Below, one piece after another: positions 1 to 9,689 of a stretch of 64,000 nt of DNA (its first letter is position 1; the number at the start of each line of letters is the position of its first letter). The notes beneath the pieces were generated by a model. That model was given only the letters and a program-made list of their open reading frames with translations. It made no database searches and had not been told where the DNA came from. The stretch is from NCBI GenBank assembly GCA_964473815.1, contig CAYYQK010000002.1, positions 41,128 through 105,127 of the forward strand, given 5' to 3'. The translations under genes were made by a program, and so were the position numbers. Source of the stretch: an uncultured Candidatus Saccharibacteria bacterium. Lineage in GTDB: Bacteria > Patescibacteriota > Doudnabacteria > UBA920.

Positions 1-785
1 CCACTCTTTAAGGTGTCACCCAAATAAGAAAGTACGTACCCACCTGAAGCATTTGTAGCTATAGTCATAGTTACCGCAGATGTGTCTGAACCTGAGCCCC
101 CCGCAGTATAGGTACCATTAGCGGTTGCATATCTTGCACTGCCAGTAAGCAATGAACCAAAACCAATTGTATTATCGGTAGAAGTTGCATCAATCAAAGT
201 AAAAGTAATAGTTGGGTCAACTGTAGCCTGCACTGTAATTTGATCGTTAGAAATAACTTCTACTGCGATTGTGCCAGTGTCTGCACCAGAGCCAACTGAT
301 AGTGCTACGGTATCGTTTGAGCCAATGGCACCATTAGAAATTTGGTTGGTTCCTGTAGTCCCAAAAGTTGCGTTTGTTCCAATTTCAATTTGGACACAAT
401 TTGTTGCTGCAATAGTTCCTGTACCAGAAGTAATGGTCACGACCTGGCCGGATGAGCTCACCCCCCAAGTTGCACCTGAAGGAGATGCTGCCAAAGTCTT
501 ATCGCTAAAGCCTGAACAAGATGCAGCCGAGGCTAGATCAACATCCCCGAATGCGATGGAGCTAACGCCAGTAAAGCCAGAGGAAAAAGTCAATGTAATA
601 GTCTGGCCGGAACCAACACCAGTTGGAGTAACAAATTGAATAGTGTGATTAGAAGCTGTGCTAGCTTTTAAGCGGGACATTGTGTCCGACATTGAGGTCA
701 AAGAAGCTGCCTGTGCGGTTAAAGGACTCAATTGCATGGACACAGCTAAAAATGCCACAATTGCCAATTTGGCAATTGTGTTCAT
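1..785 (-). CDS. Secreted Thr/Ser/Gly-rich surface protein, N-terminal ~260 aa only (5' end at 785, 3' end beyond window start). Paralog of the proteins at 11047-11829 and 12857-13504.
   Basis: Open minus-strand frame from ATG (785-783) to the window edge. N-terminus MNTIAKLAIVAFLAVSMQLSPLTAQAA is a Sec signal peptide. Shares a ...T(N/A)(S/A)GGY(N/V)L... block with the neighbouring paralogs. The listed + ORF 271-639 is its antisense shadow. Confidence 0.55.
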   Translation of the reverse strand, partial: MNTIAKLAIVAFLAVSMQLSPLTAQAASLTSMSDTMSRLKASTASNHTIQFVTPTGVGSGQTITLTFSSGFTGVSSIAFGDVDLASAASCSGFSDKTLAASPSGATWGVSSSGQVVTITSGTGTIAATNCVQIEIGTNATFGTTGTNQISNGAIGSNDTVALSVGSGADTGTIAVEVISNDQITVQATVDPTITFTLIDATSTDNTIGFGSLLTGSARYATANGTYTAGGSGSDTSAVTMTIATNASGGYVLSYLGDTLKS

Positions 786-884
786 TTGGTTTTTAATTTG
801 AATAATCTTTTGTTTCATTATCTGCAGTTATTCTGCACAACCTCAATTACATTAATTATAGCACAATTTGTGCCTGCGAGCAAG

Positions 885-1493
885 CTATTTTTTAGTTGGG
901 GTTTTTGCGGTGTTAGTATTTGTAGTAGCCTTCGTAGAAGTATTAGTGTTGGTGGACTTTGTGCTGGTATTGGTATTTGTAGTGCTAGTATTAGTATTTG
1001 CTGGGGTTTTTGGCGCAGAATTACTATTTGTGTTCAAAGTATTATTGTCATCTAAGTTCACAGGAGCAACTTCTATAATCTTATTTGTGGACGGGCGGTA
1101 TAAAATCGCCTTTTTGTTTGTAGTAAATATCAACACCTTATCCCCAATTTGAGCATTGGCAAAGAAGGGCTGATCTTTCAAAGGAGCCAAATCGCTAACT
1201 GTAGCTATAGTAGGCTGTTCGCTTGGTAGATCAATTAATTGACCGACTTTGTCTAACAACGCTTTGGTTTCTTCTTCAGTAGCTTTCTGTGGGTTCTGCT
1301 TCAAATCTGAGATTTGTTTTTTTAGATCCTTGCTTTGCTTGTATTGCATGGCTGCAAACACCCCTGCTGCAATTAAGATTATTAACACAATAATCCAGGG
1401 TAGTTTGGAAAGAAATCCCTTTTTTTGACGGCTTGAACCAACTGATCTTTCTTCAGTCGCCATGTCGTCATCAATAAGTTTTAGTTTTGGCAT
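885..1493 (-). CDS. Single-pass membrane protein with an extracellular domain and a C-terminal Thr/Asn-rich repeat tail.
   Basis: ATG at 1493-1491. Hydrophobic segment LPWIIVLIILIAAGVFAAM after a charged N-terminus. C-terminus TNTNTSTKSTNTNTSTKATTNTNTAKTPTKK. Co-oriented with the giant surface-protein gene. Confidence 0.5.
   Translation of the reverse strand: MPKLKLIDDDMATEERSVGSSRQKKGFLSKLPWIIVLIILIAAGVFAAMQYKQSKDLKKQISDLKQNPQKATEEETKALLDKVGQLIDLPSEQPTIATVSDLAPLKDQPFFANAQIGDKVLIFTTNKKAILYRPSTNKIIEVAPVNLDDNNTLNTNSNSAPKTPANTNTSTTNTNTSTKSTNTNTSTKATTNTNTAKTPTKK
900..1035. repeat. Imperfect short-period (about 6 nt, GT-rich on +) tandem repeat encoding the Thr/Asn tail of the 885-1493 protein.
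   Basis: Repeated ggtattggtatttgtagtgctagtattagtatttg-type units are visible in the sequence. Confidence 0.5.
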
Positions 1494-1590
1494 TTGTTTC
1501 AGTAAGTTTAATACTTGAAATTATTATACAATATTTCTACTAAATTATAAAACCTACGCCAAACTTGCGAGCGGGGTTTTATAGAAATTT

Positions 1591-4500
1591 TTATTCTGAT
1601 GGAGAGCTATCACTGCTATCCGACGAATCTGGTGGCAACGACTGTTCAGTTGAGCTGTCAGACGGTGAGCTATCTGCAGGGGTTGCCTCTGTTTCAGTAC
1701 CGCTTGAGCCATCAGTAGTTGTTTCAGTCGCTGATCCTGAAGAAGTATCCGTGTTAGTATCAGATGAGGTACTATCCCCCGCGACAATTCCTGGTTCTGG
1801 GGTATCAGCTTTGCCATCAGACAAACTAATTTTGGCATCTTTGACTGCCAAAGCAATCCAACTAAACATTAAGTCGCGAGGAGCAGGCTTGTTCAAAATA
1901 ATTGTGAAGCCTTTTTCGTTTTTGTTGATGACTAAATATTGAACGTCAGCATCAAACAAAGACTGTGCTGCACCTTCTTGTTCCTTTTGGAGCTTGTCGA
2001 TAATTTTTGGATCAGTAGTCTTTGTGTACGATGGATCAGATTCCAATGTTGGGCCAATATTAATAATTGGTTGTGTTAAGTAAGCGGAATCAAAATTGAT
2101 TGTAACCTTGGAGTCACCTTCTTTGAACTTGGCAAAGCCGGCTGTGTCAGAATTGAAGTATGGACGACCAATGAAGTGCATGTCGCTTAGTACAGAAATA
2201 AATTTCCCGAGTGCGCCAATACTATCAATGGTTAATCCATTGGCAGTAATTTTAGGTGTCACAATTTCAGTCTTGGCTATTAAGCGGTCAAATTGTGTTT
2301 GCTCGATAGCAACAGCCTGAGTATTTGCAGAGGCTGTCTCTGGATCGGTTTGGGTCATTAACCCAGCCAAGAATTGTTTAGCATCAAATGTAGTATCTGG
2401 TGTTATATCGGCGACTTGTAGCGGATTTTCGACTACAGGGTCGATGCCACTTGCAGGAGTAGCCGGCTGATCAGGAGGGTCATCCTGCCAGACACGAACG
2501 TAGTCAATGTCTAAGATTGTAGTGACTGCGGCATTAGAGTTCACATTAGCGGCCAAAGTAAGACCTAAGGCAGTTGCTCCTGGACCCGCAGCTGTTACGC
2601 CTGATCCACACTCAGTTTCAACTATACCGTCAGAAGTATTAACATCAACAAAGAAATGGATATCACTATTTGAACGCACTTCAATGCGCAAGTATGCATA
2701 TGCTGTTGTAGTGAGAGTTCCGGAACAGATTTGAACCGAACCGACAAGCGCGCCGCCCGAGGCAACATAACCCTGCCAAGAGTTCGAACTCGTAGGACAA
2801 GTCGGTGCTGTTGTGGAATATGTTGTACAGTTACTAAAGAATACGCCATTAGAAGGCATGCCATTTTGGCCAGCACCCAAGTCACTTAAACCAACTATTA
2901 CTTCGGAGTTTGCATTGGCGTTTAAGCCTGTACCTGCAGCTTTTACTTTAGCTGTAAACACCGGCAAGTTATTTGCTGCAAATGGTTTGTATGGAGCACC
3001 GGCAGTAGTACCACCACTAAGGTACTCTAAACAGTTAGCTTTTGTTGATGCGGTGGCAATTCCAGTAGCTAAAATTTCTTCGACACCATATTGAGTGGTG
3101 TTGCTTGGTTGCCACATTTTACAGGTGCCACCGAGAGTAGTACCCCCAACAATACTAACACCCAATTCTCCAGTGTTTGCAGCTTGTGGGCCGGTGGTTG
3201 GCGCACAAGCAGCCACAGCTCCACCGCCTCCTTGCCAGTCACCGCGAGCAAAAACTGAACCAATGGTATTTGCTGTCGCAGCTGGGGCACAGTTAGTAGT
3301 TTTAAAGACGTTAAATTCTTCACCAAAATAAGAGTTCTTATCCATGAACGCTCCAGTAATTGCCAAACCACCAAAGTTACTGCCCATGTGCTTGATGTTG
3401 AAGATGCTGTTGGAGCTTGAGTTATTAACATTGAATACGTTTTGGCCTAATACTGCACTCACAGCATTTAAGTTAATAACACTGTCTACAGTTAGGCCGT
3501 TATTGAGATCGGCGAAACCGTCAACACGTAAGTCACCAACCACTCGGGTATTACCCGCAGTTAAAGCACCACCGCCAGAATAGTCAGTTAATGTTTGAGA
3601 GGTTAGACCAAGTAAATCGAGGCCTCCAAAGATTGACACTCTTGCTCCGCTGGCAAAGAAAGCCGAAGCCGGGAGAGTAGTAGTGCCATCATAACCATTA
3701 AAGTTATATAAATATGTATTAACGTACAAAGATGTTGCCTGCTGACGAGCTGCAGGTAAAGGATTGGTACTAGTTGCCCAAGCTCCTAATGGTCCCACAC
3801 TATTTACCTTTGCATAATAAACAGTTGCAACTGGAGCGCCGGCTTGTCGTCCCCCCATGTTAAATAAATAGCCATTCAAGATCCCTGTTGTATGAAACCC
3901 AGTAGCAACAGGCAAAGAGGTAGCAGCTGTCCAAGCTCCTAAAGTACCATCATTGGCAGGGGTTGCGTATTCAACAGTAGTAAGAGCTGTATTACATAGA
4001 CCACCGGCGTCGCTACAACCGCCAATTGAATAAATTTTTCCATTAACGTTCATAGTACTTTGCCCGTAACGACCGCTTCCTAAAGCGGTTACCCCGGTCG
4101 TGGTCCAACCTGAAATGCTACCATCTGCATTTAAACGACCTGAATATACGGTGGTTTGAGCAGTAGCGTTATACCCACCAATGTAGTAGACGTAGCCATT
4201 AGAGAAAATTGCGGTACCATATCCTCTTGCAGCAGGTATACCAGTTGCATTAGTCTGCCAAGACCCCAAAGAACCATCGCTGTTAAGCTTGCTATATTTA
4301 ACTGTAGATATCGGTGTAGTACAAGCTGCAGTAGCTGAAGTATCAGTGCAACCACCAATTACATATAAGTAACCATTAGCTACAAAACTAGCATGGCCAT
4401 AAACTCCTGGTAATAAGTTATTATTTGCTTCTTGAGTCCATGACCCGGGAGTTAAAGATCCGTCAGCGTTAATACGACCATATAATATGGTTGTGTAAGC

Positions 4501-7500
4501 TCCTCCGCTTGTACCGTTAGCTGTAGTTCCACCAATCATATAAGCAAAACCATTTGCGGTTACTGATGCGGACGCACGACGAGCAGTTGGTACGGGCGTG
4601 GAGTTTGATTGCCATGGCTGGATATCAGCATTTTGCGCAGCGTTTAAAGTAATGTTTCCATAGTTGGCATCAACTTGAATGTTATTTCCAGGTGCAGTGT
4701 AATCCATTGTAGAAGAGCCTGGAATAAGGGTAAATCCATCAATATAAACAGTAGGGGTACCGGCAGCATTTTGTTTAATAAATATGTTGCTGGTTGAAGT
4801 GTTAATAGTGGCACCAGTAGTGAAGGTACAAGTAAATTCTGTCCATGTGGTAGTGACAGCAGAGTCTGAACAACCACCTACGTCACTGCCGTTGTCCTGG
4901 CGGTCAAGTCTTAGAGTGGCAGTACCACTGGCGGTCTTCGCCCAGAAAGTTGCAGCGTAAGGAGCATTTGCCGCAAAAGGATAACTGTATTGTGCGCCAT
5001 CACCTACTGCATCACCGGAAAACTTCAAAGTACCAGAACCGTACTTGGCGTTGCTTGCTGCATTATCCCAAACTGGCCCAGTAGTTGGAGTACCTTTAGC
5101 AACCCAATTATGAATGTTTTGTTCAAAGGATGCATTGTAGATTTGGTTTGTAGTGGTACGGCCATCAACTTTTAATCTCACTGCTGTATCCTTGAGAACA
5201 AAGGTATGATCACCTAAAGAAGACAGCATACCCATAGTCCAAGTAGTATAGTTAGGTTGGTTAAATGTAATCGCCGCTGTATTACTCGAAGTAGAAGTGA
5301 CTTGAATATTTGTATCCGCAGAGGAAGAAACTTCCAAAGTATCGGTTGGGGTTGCAGTACCAATACCCACGCGTCCACCGCCAGCAGGAACAATGATGGC
5401 ATAGTTAGCTGTCGTGGCTCCGGACGCTGACACAGTAAGCCCCACGTTAGTTGCAGTAGCTCCTGTGTGGGTGTTGCTAATTTGAGCGCCATAAGTTGTT
5501 GAAGCTCCAGCTACTGCACCGGAAGTAGAAATATTTAGAGCTGTTTGATTGCCAAGAGCATTGCCGCCTGAGACGGTTAAGTCAGCCAAGGAACCAGATG
5601 TAAGAGTCGAGGAAGCAAGAGAAAGACCTGCAGTTGTACCAGTCCCGGTAGTTGTTCCTAAAGTCATTTTTACTGATCCAGTTGAGGCTGGTGCAAATGT
5701 AATGTTCCCAGATGTTGTAGTAGATAAAGCCAAATCCGCACTAGTACTCGAAATGTTATTTCCTGCCGCAGAAGTAATAGTCAAAGCACCGGAAGTGGTT
5801 TTCCAAAGAGATGCACCATTACCAGTAATATTAACTGCGCCCGTGCCGCCGCCGTTTAATGTTAAGGCGCCGGTTCCTGTAGCTGAAATGGTTAAGGCTT
5901 TGTTGGTGTCAGTAGAAGTAATATCTGTACCGATTGTGCCGTTAAAGACCAAGCCGTTAGTTAATGTACCCGCGGTTCTGGTTACATTCAAACCACTTGT
6001 AGTAGTGCCAGCGCCAGTTTGTTCAAACACCAACCCATTGGTCACTGTACCAGAAGCATTGTTACCTGAAATATACAAAGCTTTGGATGCAGAAACGTGG
6101 TTATTAGTAACAGTAAAGGCGGTTGCTGTGCCCAAACCCGACGCCAAAGTGATTGCCACATCGTTACCAGAAGTAGTGGTAATGGTATTGCCTGATCCGT
6201 AAGCAGTTTGCAAAGTTCCCCCACCTCCACCACAACCAGAACAAGATGATACTGTCAAAGCACCAGCACGAGAAATTTTCCAGGTTGAACCTGTACCCAC
6301 AATATCATTTAAGTTTGTTCCGGATGCGTTAGACAAGTTGAATTGCAAACCTGTCTGGTCAAATGCACCCGTCCCTGAAAGTGTAATAGATTGACCAACT
6401 AATGCACCGGTTTGTGCAGTTGAATCGGTAAGGGCATTTAATGTTCCTGTTGTGGTTGTGGATGTTACGGATGAAGTTCCAAATCCTGTTAGGGCAATGG
6501 ATCCGGAAGTACCAGTTAAGTTAAGCGCACCAGTAGACAATGTTAAGCCATTGCTGGCAGTTAAGGTTGAAGCCGAAGTAATAGTTCCGGAACTTGTGGT
6601 AGCAATTGTTCCGGTAGTGGAAATATTGATATTAGAAGCCAAGTCCCCACCTACTACTGAAGAGAAAGATGGAGCACCACTGGCATTACCATGCAATATT
6701 GTGGTTGAAGTTCCAAGACTCCCTAGCACACTTGGGGCAACACCAGTACCACCTCCAAGCAAAAGAGCGTTAGCGGTAAGAAGTCCTGAAGAAGCCATGG
6801 TGCCAGTACCGGAAAAGTAAGGAATGCCACCACTGGTACCGCTCGCTATTCCGGTGCCTCCCTGAGCTACAGTCACTGCGGCGTTACTGGTTAGAATAGT
6901 CGCGCTAGCATCAGGCAAGGTAAAAGTTTTTTCTGCAGTAGTAGGACCAGAGAATTTAGTGAAACCGTTTCCAGTGCCACCATTGGCACTACCTAATATG
7001 CCTGTGATAGTTGAAGTACCTAAAGCAACTGTGAATCCGCTCCCGGTTGCGCCGGCAGTAAGAGTGCCAGTACCAGTGAGTGAACCATAGGTCCCAACAA
7101 TTGAACCACTTGGCACTGTACCAGTTAACTGAGCAGCATTAATCAAACCTGCAGCACTAATTAAAGATGTGCCGTTGTAATTTAACAAGTCTGTCCAGTT
7201 GTTACCACTACCAGCGTAAATTGCGTACTTCGGACAAGTTCCTGCTGCACAAGTATTAGTAGCTACAGTGCCGAGGTTGATACCAAATGTATTGTGGGTG
7301 CCAGTGCCGGAAGAAACATTTAGAGTAGGGTTTAAAGTCAAACCAGCAATACTCGAAGTGTTTGGACTGGCAATTGTCGAAGCATTTGTATAAGTTAGAT
7401 TTAAAATTGAGTTTGCTGAACCCGAAGACGGATTTAACACCGCATTGCTAAATGTCACTAAATCAGTTCCTGTCTCCGAAGAAGATCCAGTCACAGTTAA

Positions 7501-9153
7501 GCCGGCTGCATTAGATGTTTGGGCTACTGCAATTTTGCCTGCGGACCCTGTGGTGCCAATTCCCAATCCTCCGAACTGAGGATTAGAAGTAGTAGCAATA
7601 TCCTGAACTGTTCCAATTTGAATCGTACCATGACCATTGGTCACTGTGGTTTGGTTAGCTGTATTAGAGATTGTTCCCAAAGTAAGCGTGTTGCCGGTGG
7701 TGTTACCAATAAGTAATTGACCATCGGTGTAGGAAGTTTGACCAGTACCACCTTTGTTTACGGCGATTGTGCTAGCCGACCAAGTACCAGTAGCAACTGT
7801 ACCTAGTGTGGTAATATTAGCTGAACCAGCCCAGGTAGAAAGCGCGGTGTTTTCCACATTGCCCAATCCTACATCTGTAGAAGACAAAGTTGTCCACGCA
7901 GGGACAGCACCATTAACACCCGTTCCTGTTTGGCTTAAGAATTTCTTAGTTGAGGAAGTATTTGGAGAAAGTAGGGTTGTAGTATCAGTATTGGACTGAT
8001 ACGGAATTGATCCAAGCAAGGTTGTATTGTTACCCCCTACCAAGTTTGTGGCTTTGCCCGATGTTAACCCGGAAGCCGTACCGGTTAAGTTGGTAGCAAC
8101 ACCAGAACTTGGTGTTCCCAACGCTCCCCCGTCATATAGCAAAGTAGCGGAGGAGTTAGGCAGAGTGAATGTTTTTTCTGAAGTAGTAGGACCAGAGAAT
8201 TTAGTGAAACCGTTTCCAGTGCCACCATAGGTGCTACTTAGAATTCCAGTGATAGTCGATGTTCCTAGGGCAATAGTAAATCCTGCACCAGTTGATCCTG
8301 CGGTCAATACACCGGAAGTATTAACATTAAATGCATTCCCTGTTCCTGCTGTTAAAGCACCAGAGACATCAACATTCCCAGTCACATTTAAGTCACCACC
8401 AGACGGGGCAATGGTCAAATCACCACCGGAATCTGCGGTAAAACTAGAATAATTTGAGCCGTCATAAGAAACGCGGAATTGTTCAGTGGTCGCAGTAACT
8501 TGCAGCTTGGCAGAAATACTAGAGGTGTTAATGCCAACATTGCCACCAGTTAAGTTAAGCCCTGGCGCGCTTCCTGCAACTGTTAAAGTGGTAAAGCCAT
8601 TTGAAGCTACGCCAACAGTTAATTTGTCGGAAGTGTCATAACTTAGCGAAGCTTGTGGTGTTGTTGTATTAGTAATATCAATTGAACCAGTTCCTACCAA
8701 ACTATTAGCAACGAATGCGGCCGGTACAGCACCCACTTTTTTACGTGGGGCCATTTCCCCATCCCAACTCGGACTACCAGTTCCACCGATGTTTACAGAT
8801 AAGAATAAAGTTTTATTAAAATCAACGCCCGACAAAGAGGTTACTTCACCTAACATTACATTGAATAAGCCGTTTGTGACCTGAACTTTGTTGGCACCGG
8901 TCCGAGTTTCAGTCCACAGCAAATTACCACCAGTTGGTGGGCTGCCACTACCTAAAGCATCGTAAAGCTTAAATTCCATATTGTAGGTACCATCAGCCAC
9001 TGCTACATAACTACCATTGGTTAATTTACCCTGATAGTTAAAGACCGGATTAAAGGCTGCCTGCGCCAATTGTTTTGGCTGATTTGCGACTAAAACAATC
9101 CCAGAAATCAACAAAATTACAATAATTCCCAATTTTTGCATTAGAGATCTCAT
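1591..9153 (-). CDS. Giant (~2520 aa) secreted cell-surface protein or adhesin. Signal peptide, long Thr/Gly/Ser/Asn-rich beta-type repeats, Kelch-like beta-propeller blades, a Cys-containing C-terminal globular region and an acidic Ser/Asp/Thr tail.
   Basis: 7.6 kb open frame. Likely start is the ATG at 9153 (MRSLMQKLGIIVILLISGIVLVANQ...), with GGAGG 7 nt upstream. The ORF track extends to 9198. Repeated (Y/F)xIGG motifs (YMIGG, YVIGG, YYIGG, YSIGG, FNMGG) are typical of Kelch blades. C-terminal tail is ...DSSDSSDSSPSE. The five plus-strand ORFs listed inside it are antisense shadows. Confidence 0.85.
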   Translation of the reverse strand: MRSLMQKLGIIVILLISGIVLVANQPKQLAQAAFNPVFNYQGKLTNGSYVAVADGTYNMEFKLYDALGSGSPPTGGNLLWTETRTGANKVQVTNGLFNVMLGEVTSLSGVDFNKTLFLSVNIGGTGSPSWDGEMAPRKKVGAVPAAFVANSLVGTGSIDITNTTTPQASLSYDTSDKLTVGVASNGFTTLTVAGSAPGLNLTGGNVGINTSSISAKLQVTATTEQFRVSYDGSNYSSFTADSGGDLTIAPSGGDLNVTGNVDVSGALTAGTGNAFNVNTSGVLTAGSTGAGFTIALGTSTITGILSSTYGGTGNGFTKFSGPTTSEKTFTLPNSSATLLYDGGALGTPSSGVATNLTGTASGLTSGKATNLVGGNNTTLLGSIPYQSNTDTTTLLSPNTSSTKKFLSQTGTGVNGAVPAWTTLSSTDVGLGNVENTALSTWAGSANITTLGTVATGTWSASTIAVNKGGTGQTSYTDGQLLIGNTTGNTLTLGTISNTANQTTVTNGHGTIQIGTVQDIATTSNPQFGGLGIGTTGSAGKIAVAQTSNAAGLTVTGSSSETGTDLVTFSNAVLNPSSGSANSILNLTYTNASTIASPNTSSIAGLTLNPTLNVSSGTGTHNTFGINLGTVATNTCAAGTCPKYAIYAGSGNNWTDLLNYNGTSLISAAGLINAAQLTGTVPSGSIVGTYGSLTGTGTLTAGATGSGFTVALGTSTITGILGSANGGTGNGFTKFSGPTTAEKTFTLPDASATILTSNAAVTVAQGGTGIASGTSGGIPYFSGTGTMASSGLLTANALLLGGGTGVAPSVLGSLGTSTTILHGNASGAPSFSSVVGGDLASNINISTTGTIATTSSGTITSASTLTASNGLTLSTGALNLTGTSGSIALTGFGTSSVTSTTTTGTLNALTDSTAQTGALVGQSITLSGTGAFDQTGLQFNLSNASGTNLNDIVGTGSTWKISRAGALTVSSCSGCGGGGGTLQTAYGSGNTITTTSGNDVAITLASGLGTATAFTVTNNHVSASKALYISGNNASGTVTNGLVFEQTGAGTTTSGLNVTRTAGTLTNGLVFNGTIGTDITSTDTNKALTISATGTGALTLNGGGTGAVNITGNGASLWKTTSGALTITSAAGNNISSTSADLALSTTTSGNITFAPASTGSVKMTLGTTTGTGTTAGLSLASSTLTSGSLADLTVSGGNALGNQTALNISTSGAVAGASTTYGAQISNTHTGATATNVGLTVSASGATTANYAIIVPAGGGRVGIGTATPTDTLEVSSSADTNIQVTSTSSNTAAITFNQPNYTTWTMGMLSSLGDHTFVLKDTAVRLKVDGRTTTNQIYNASFEQNIHNWVAKGTPTTGPVWDNAASNAKYGSGTLKFSGDAVGDGAQYSYPFAANAPYAATFWAKTASGTATLRLDRQDNGSDVGGCSDSAVTTTWTEFTCTFTTGATINTSTSNIFIKQNAAGTPTVYIDGFTLIPGSSTMDYTAPGNNIQVDANYGNITLNAAQNADIQPWQSNSTPVPTARRASASVTANGFAYMIGGTTANGTSGGAYTTILYGRINADGSLTPGSWTQEANNNLLPGVYGHASFVANGYLYVIGGCTDTSATAACTTPISTVKYSKLNSDGSLGSWQTNATGIPAARGYGTAIFSNGYVYYIGGYNATAQTTVYSGRLNADGSISGWTTTGVTALGSGRYGQSTMNVNGKIYSIGGCSDAGGLCNTALTTVEYATPANDGTLGAWTAATSLPVATGFHTTGILNGYLFNMGGRQAGAPVATVYYAKVNSVGPLGAWATSTNPLPAARQQATSLYVNTYLYNFNGYDGTTTLPASAFFASGARVSIFGGLDLLGLTSQTLTDYSGGGALTAGNTRVVGDLRVDGFADLNNGLTVDSVINLNAVSAVLGQNVFNVNNSSSNSIFNIKHMGSNFGGLAITGAFMDKNSYFGEEFNVFKTTNCAPAATANTIGSVFARGDWQGGGGAVAACAPTTGPQAANTGELGVSIVGGTTLGGTCKMWQPSNTTQYGVEEILATGIATASTKANCLEYLSGGTTAGAPYKPFAANNLPVFTAKVKAAGTGLNANANSEVIVGLSDLGAGQNGMPSNGVFFSNCTTYSTTAPTCPTSSNSWQGYVASGGALVGSVQICSGTLTTTAYAYLRIEVRSNSDIHFFVDVNTSDGIVETECGSGVTAAGPGATALGLTLAANVNSNAAVTTILDIDYVRVWQDDPPDQPATPASGIDPVVENPLQVADITPDTTFDAKQFLAGLMTQTDPETASANTQAVAIEQTQFDRLIAKTEIVTPKITANGLTIDSIGALGKFISVLSDMHFIGRPYFNSDTAGFAKFKEGDSKVTINFDSAYLTQPIINIGPTLESDPSYTKTTDPKIIDKLQKEQEGAAQSLFDADVQYLVINKNEKGFTIILNKPAPRDLMFSWIALAVKDAKISLSDGKADTPEPGIVAGDSTSSDTNTDTSSGSATETTTDGSSGTETEATPADSSPSDSSTEQSLPPDSSDSSDSSPSE
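6926..7060. repeat. Intragenic direct repeat, copy A (about 130 nt, roughly 46 nt identical then diverging), within the giant surface-protein gene.
   Basis: ttttttctgcagtagtaggaccagagaatttagtgaaaccgtttccagtgccacca... recurs at 8172-8306. It encodes the duplicated segment G(F)TKFSGPTT(S/A)EKTFTLP. Confidence 0.7.
8172..8306. repeat. Intragenic direct repeat, copy B, of the 6926-7060 segment.
   Basis: Same ~46-nt identical core followed by a diverged but protein-level similar sequence. Confidence 0.7.
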
Positions 9154-9401
9154 AGTGCAGCCTCCTTCTGATGAGTTTCGCGTTCTTCCAGTCGCCAATG
9201 CTTAGCTTTTTGCTCAGTCAGATATGACAAAACCGCATCACTTGTAGTGAGCCAGTTTCGGGCAATTTTTATTGCTTTGAGGTGGCCGGTCCTAGCGCGC
9301 AAACTGAGATACTCCGCTGAATACGGAGTGAACTTAGCTGCCTCGTGAATTGAGATCAGTTTACCTGATGCGAGAAAGGACTGTTGCTCCTTGTCTGACA
9401 T
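9150..9401 (-). CDS. Small helix-turn-helix DNA-binding protein (excisionase/MerR-type HTH_17-like), 83 aa.
   Basis: LISIHEAAKFTPYSAEYLSLRARTGHLKAIKIARNWLTTSDAVLSYL fits the HTH_17 pattern (..EAA......L..L.R.G.L.A.KIGR.W.........YL). Its stop overlaps the start of the giant gene in an ATGA arrangement. Confidence 0.55.
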   Translation of the reverse strand: MSDKEQQSFLASGKLISIHEAAKFTPYSAEYLSLRARTGHLKAIKIARNWLTTSDAVLSYLTEQKAKHWRLEERETHQKEAAL

Positions 9402-9689
9402 ATTGTGGTTTTGTTTTTTGTTTTTGTTTCGCTGCGTCCGGAGGGAATAAAAATTCCCAGGAACAAAACTCCGTTCAATTTCTTGAACAAGGTTTAGTCT
9501 CTGGGAAATATCCGGTCAAATTGTCTTTTTGTTTCTTTGATGACGACCGCTAATTTTGGCGAGTCGACTTCAATATGCGCTATCCAATATTTCTTAACTT
9601 AATTATAGCAAAAATTTCATATCTCGTCAACAACAAATAATGGGTATCCGATACTTTTTTGTTAGTGAGTTTTGTTAATTATTGTTAAC

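Noticed and set aside
271-9000. Plus-strand ORFs listed inside the surface-protein genes (271-639, 786-1152, 1565-1942, 5549-6202, 6452-6820, 7754-8452 and others).
   Set aside because: They lie antisense to long, compositionally coherent minus-strand genes and translate to low-complexity P/V/A-rich peptides. They are shadow ORFs.
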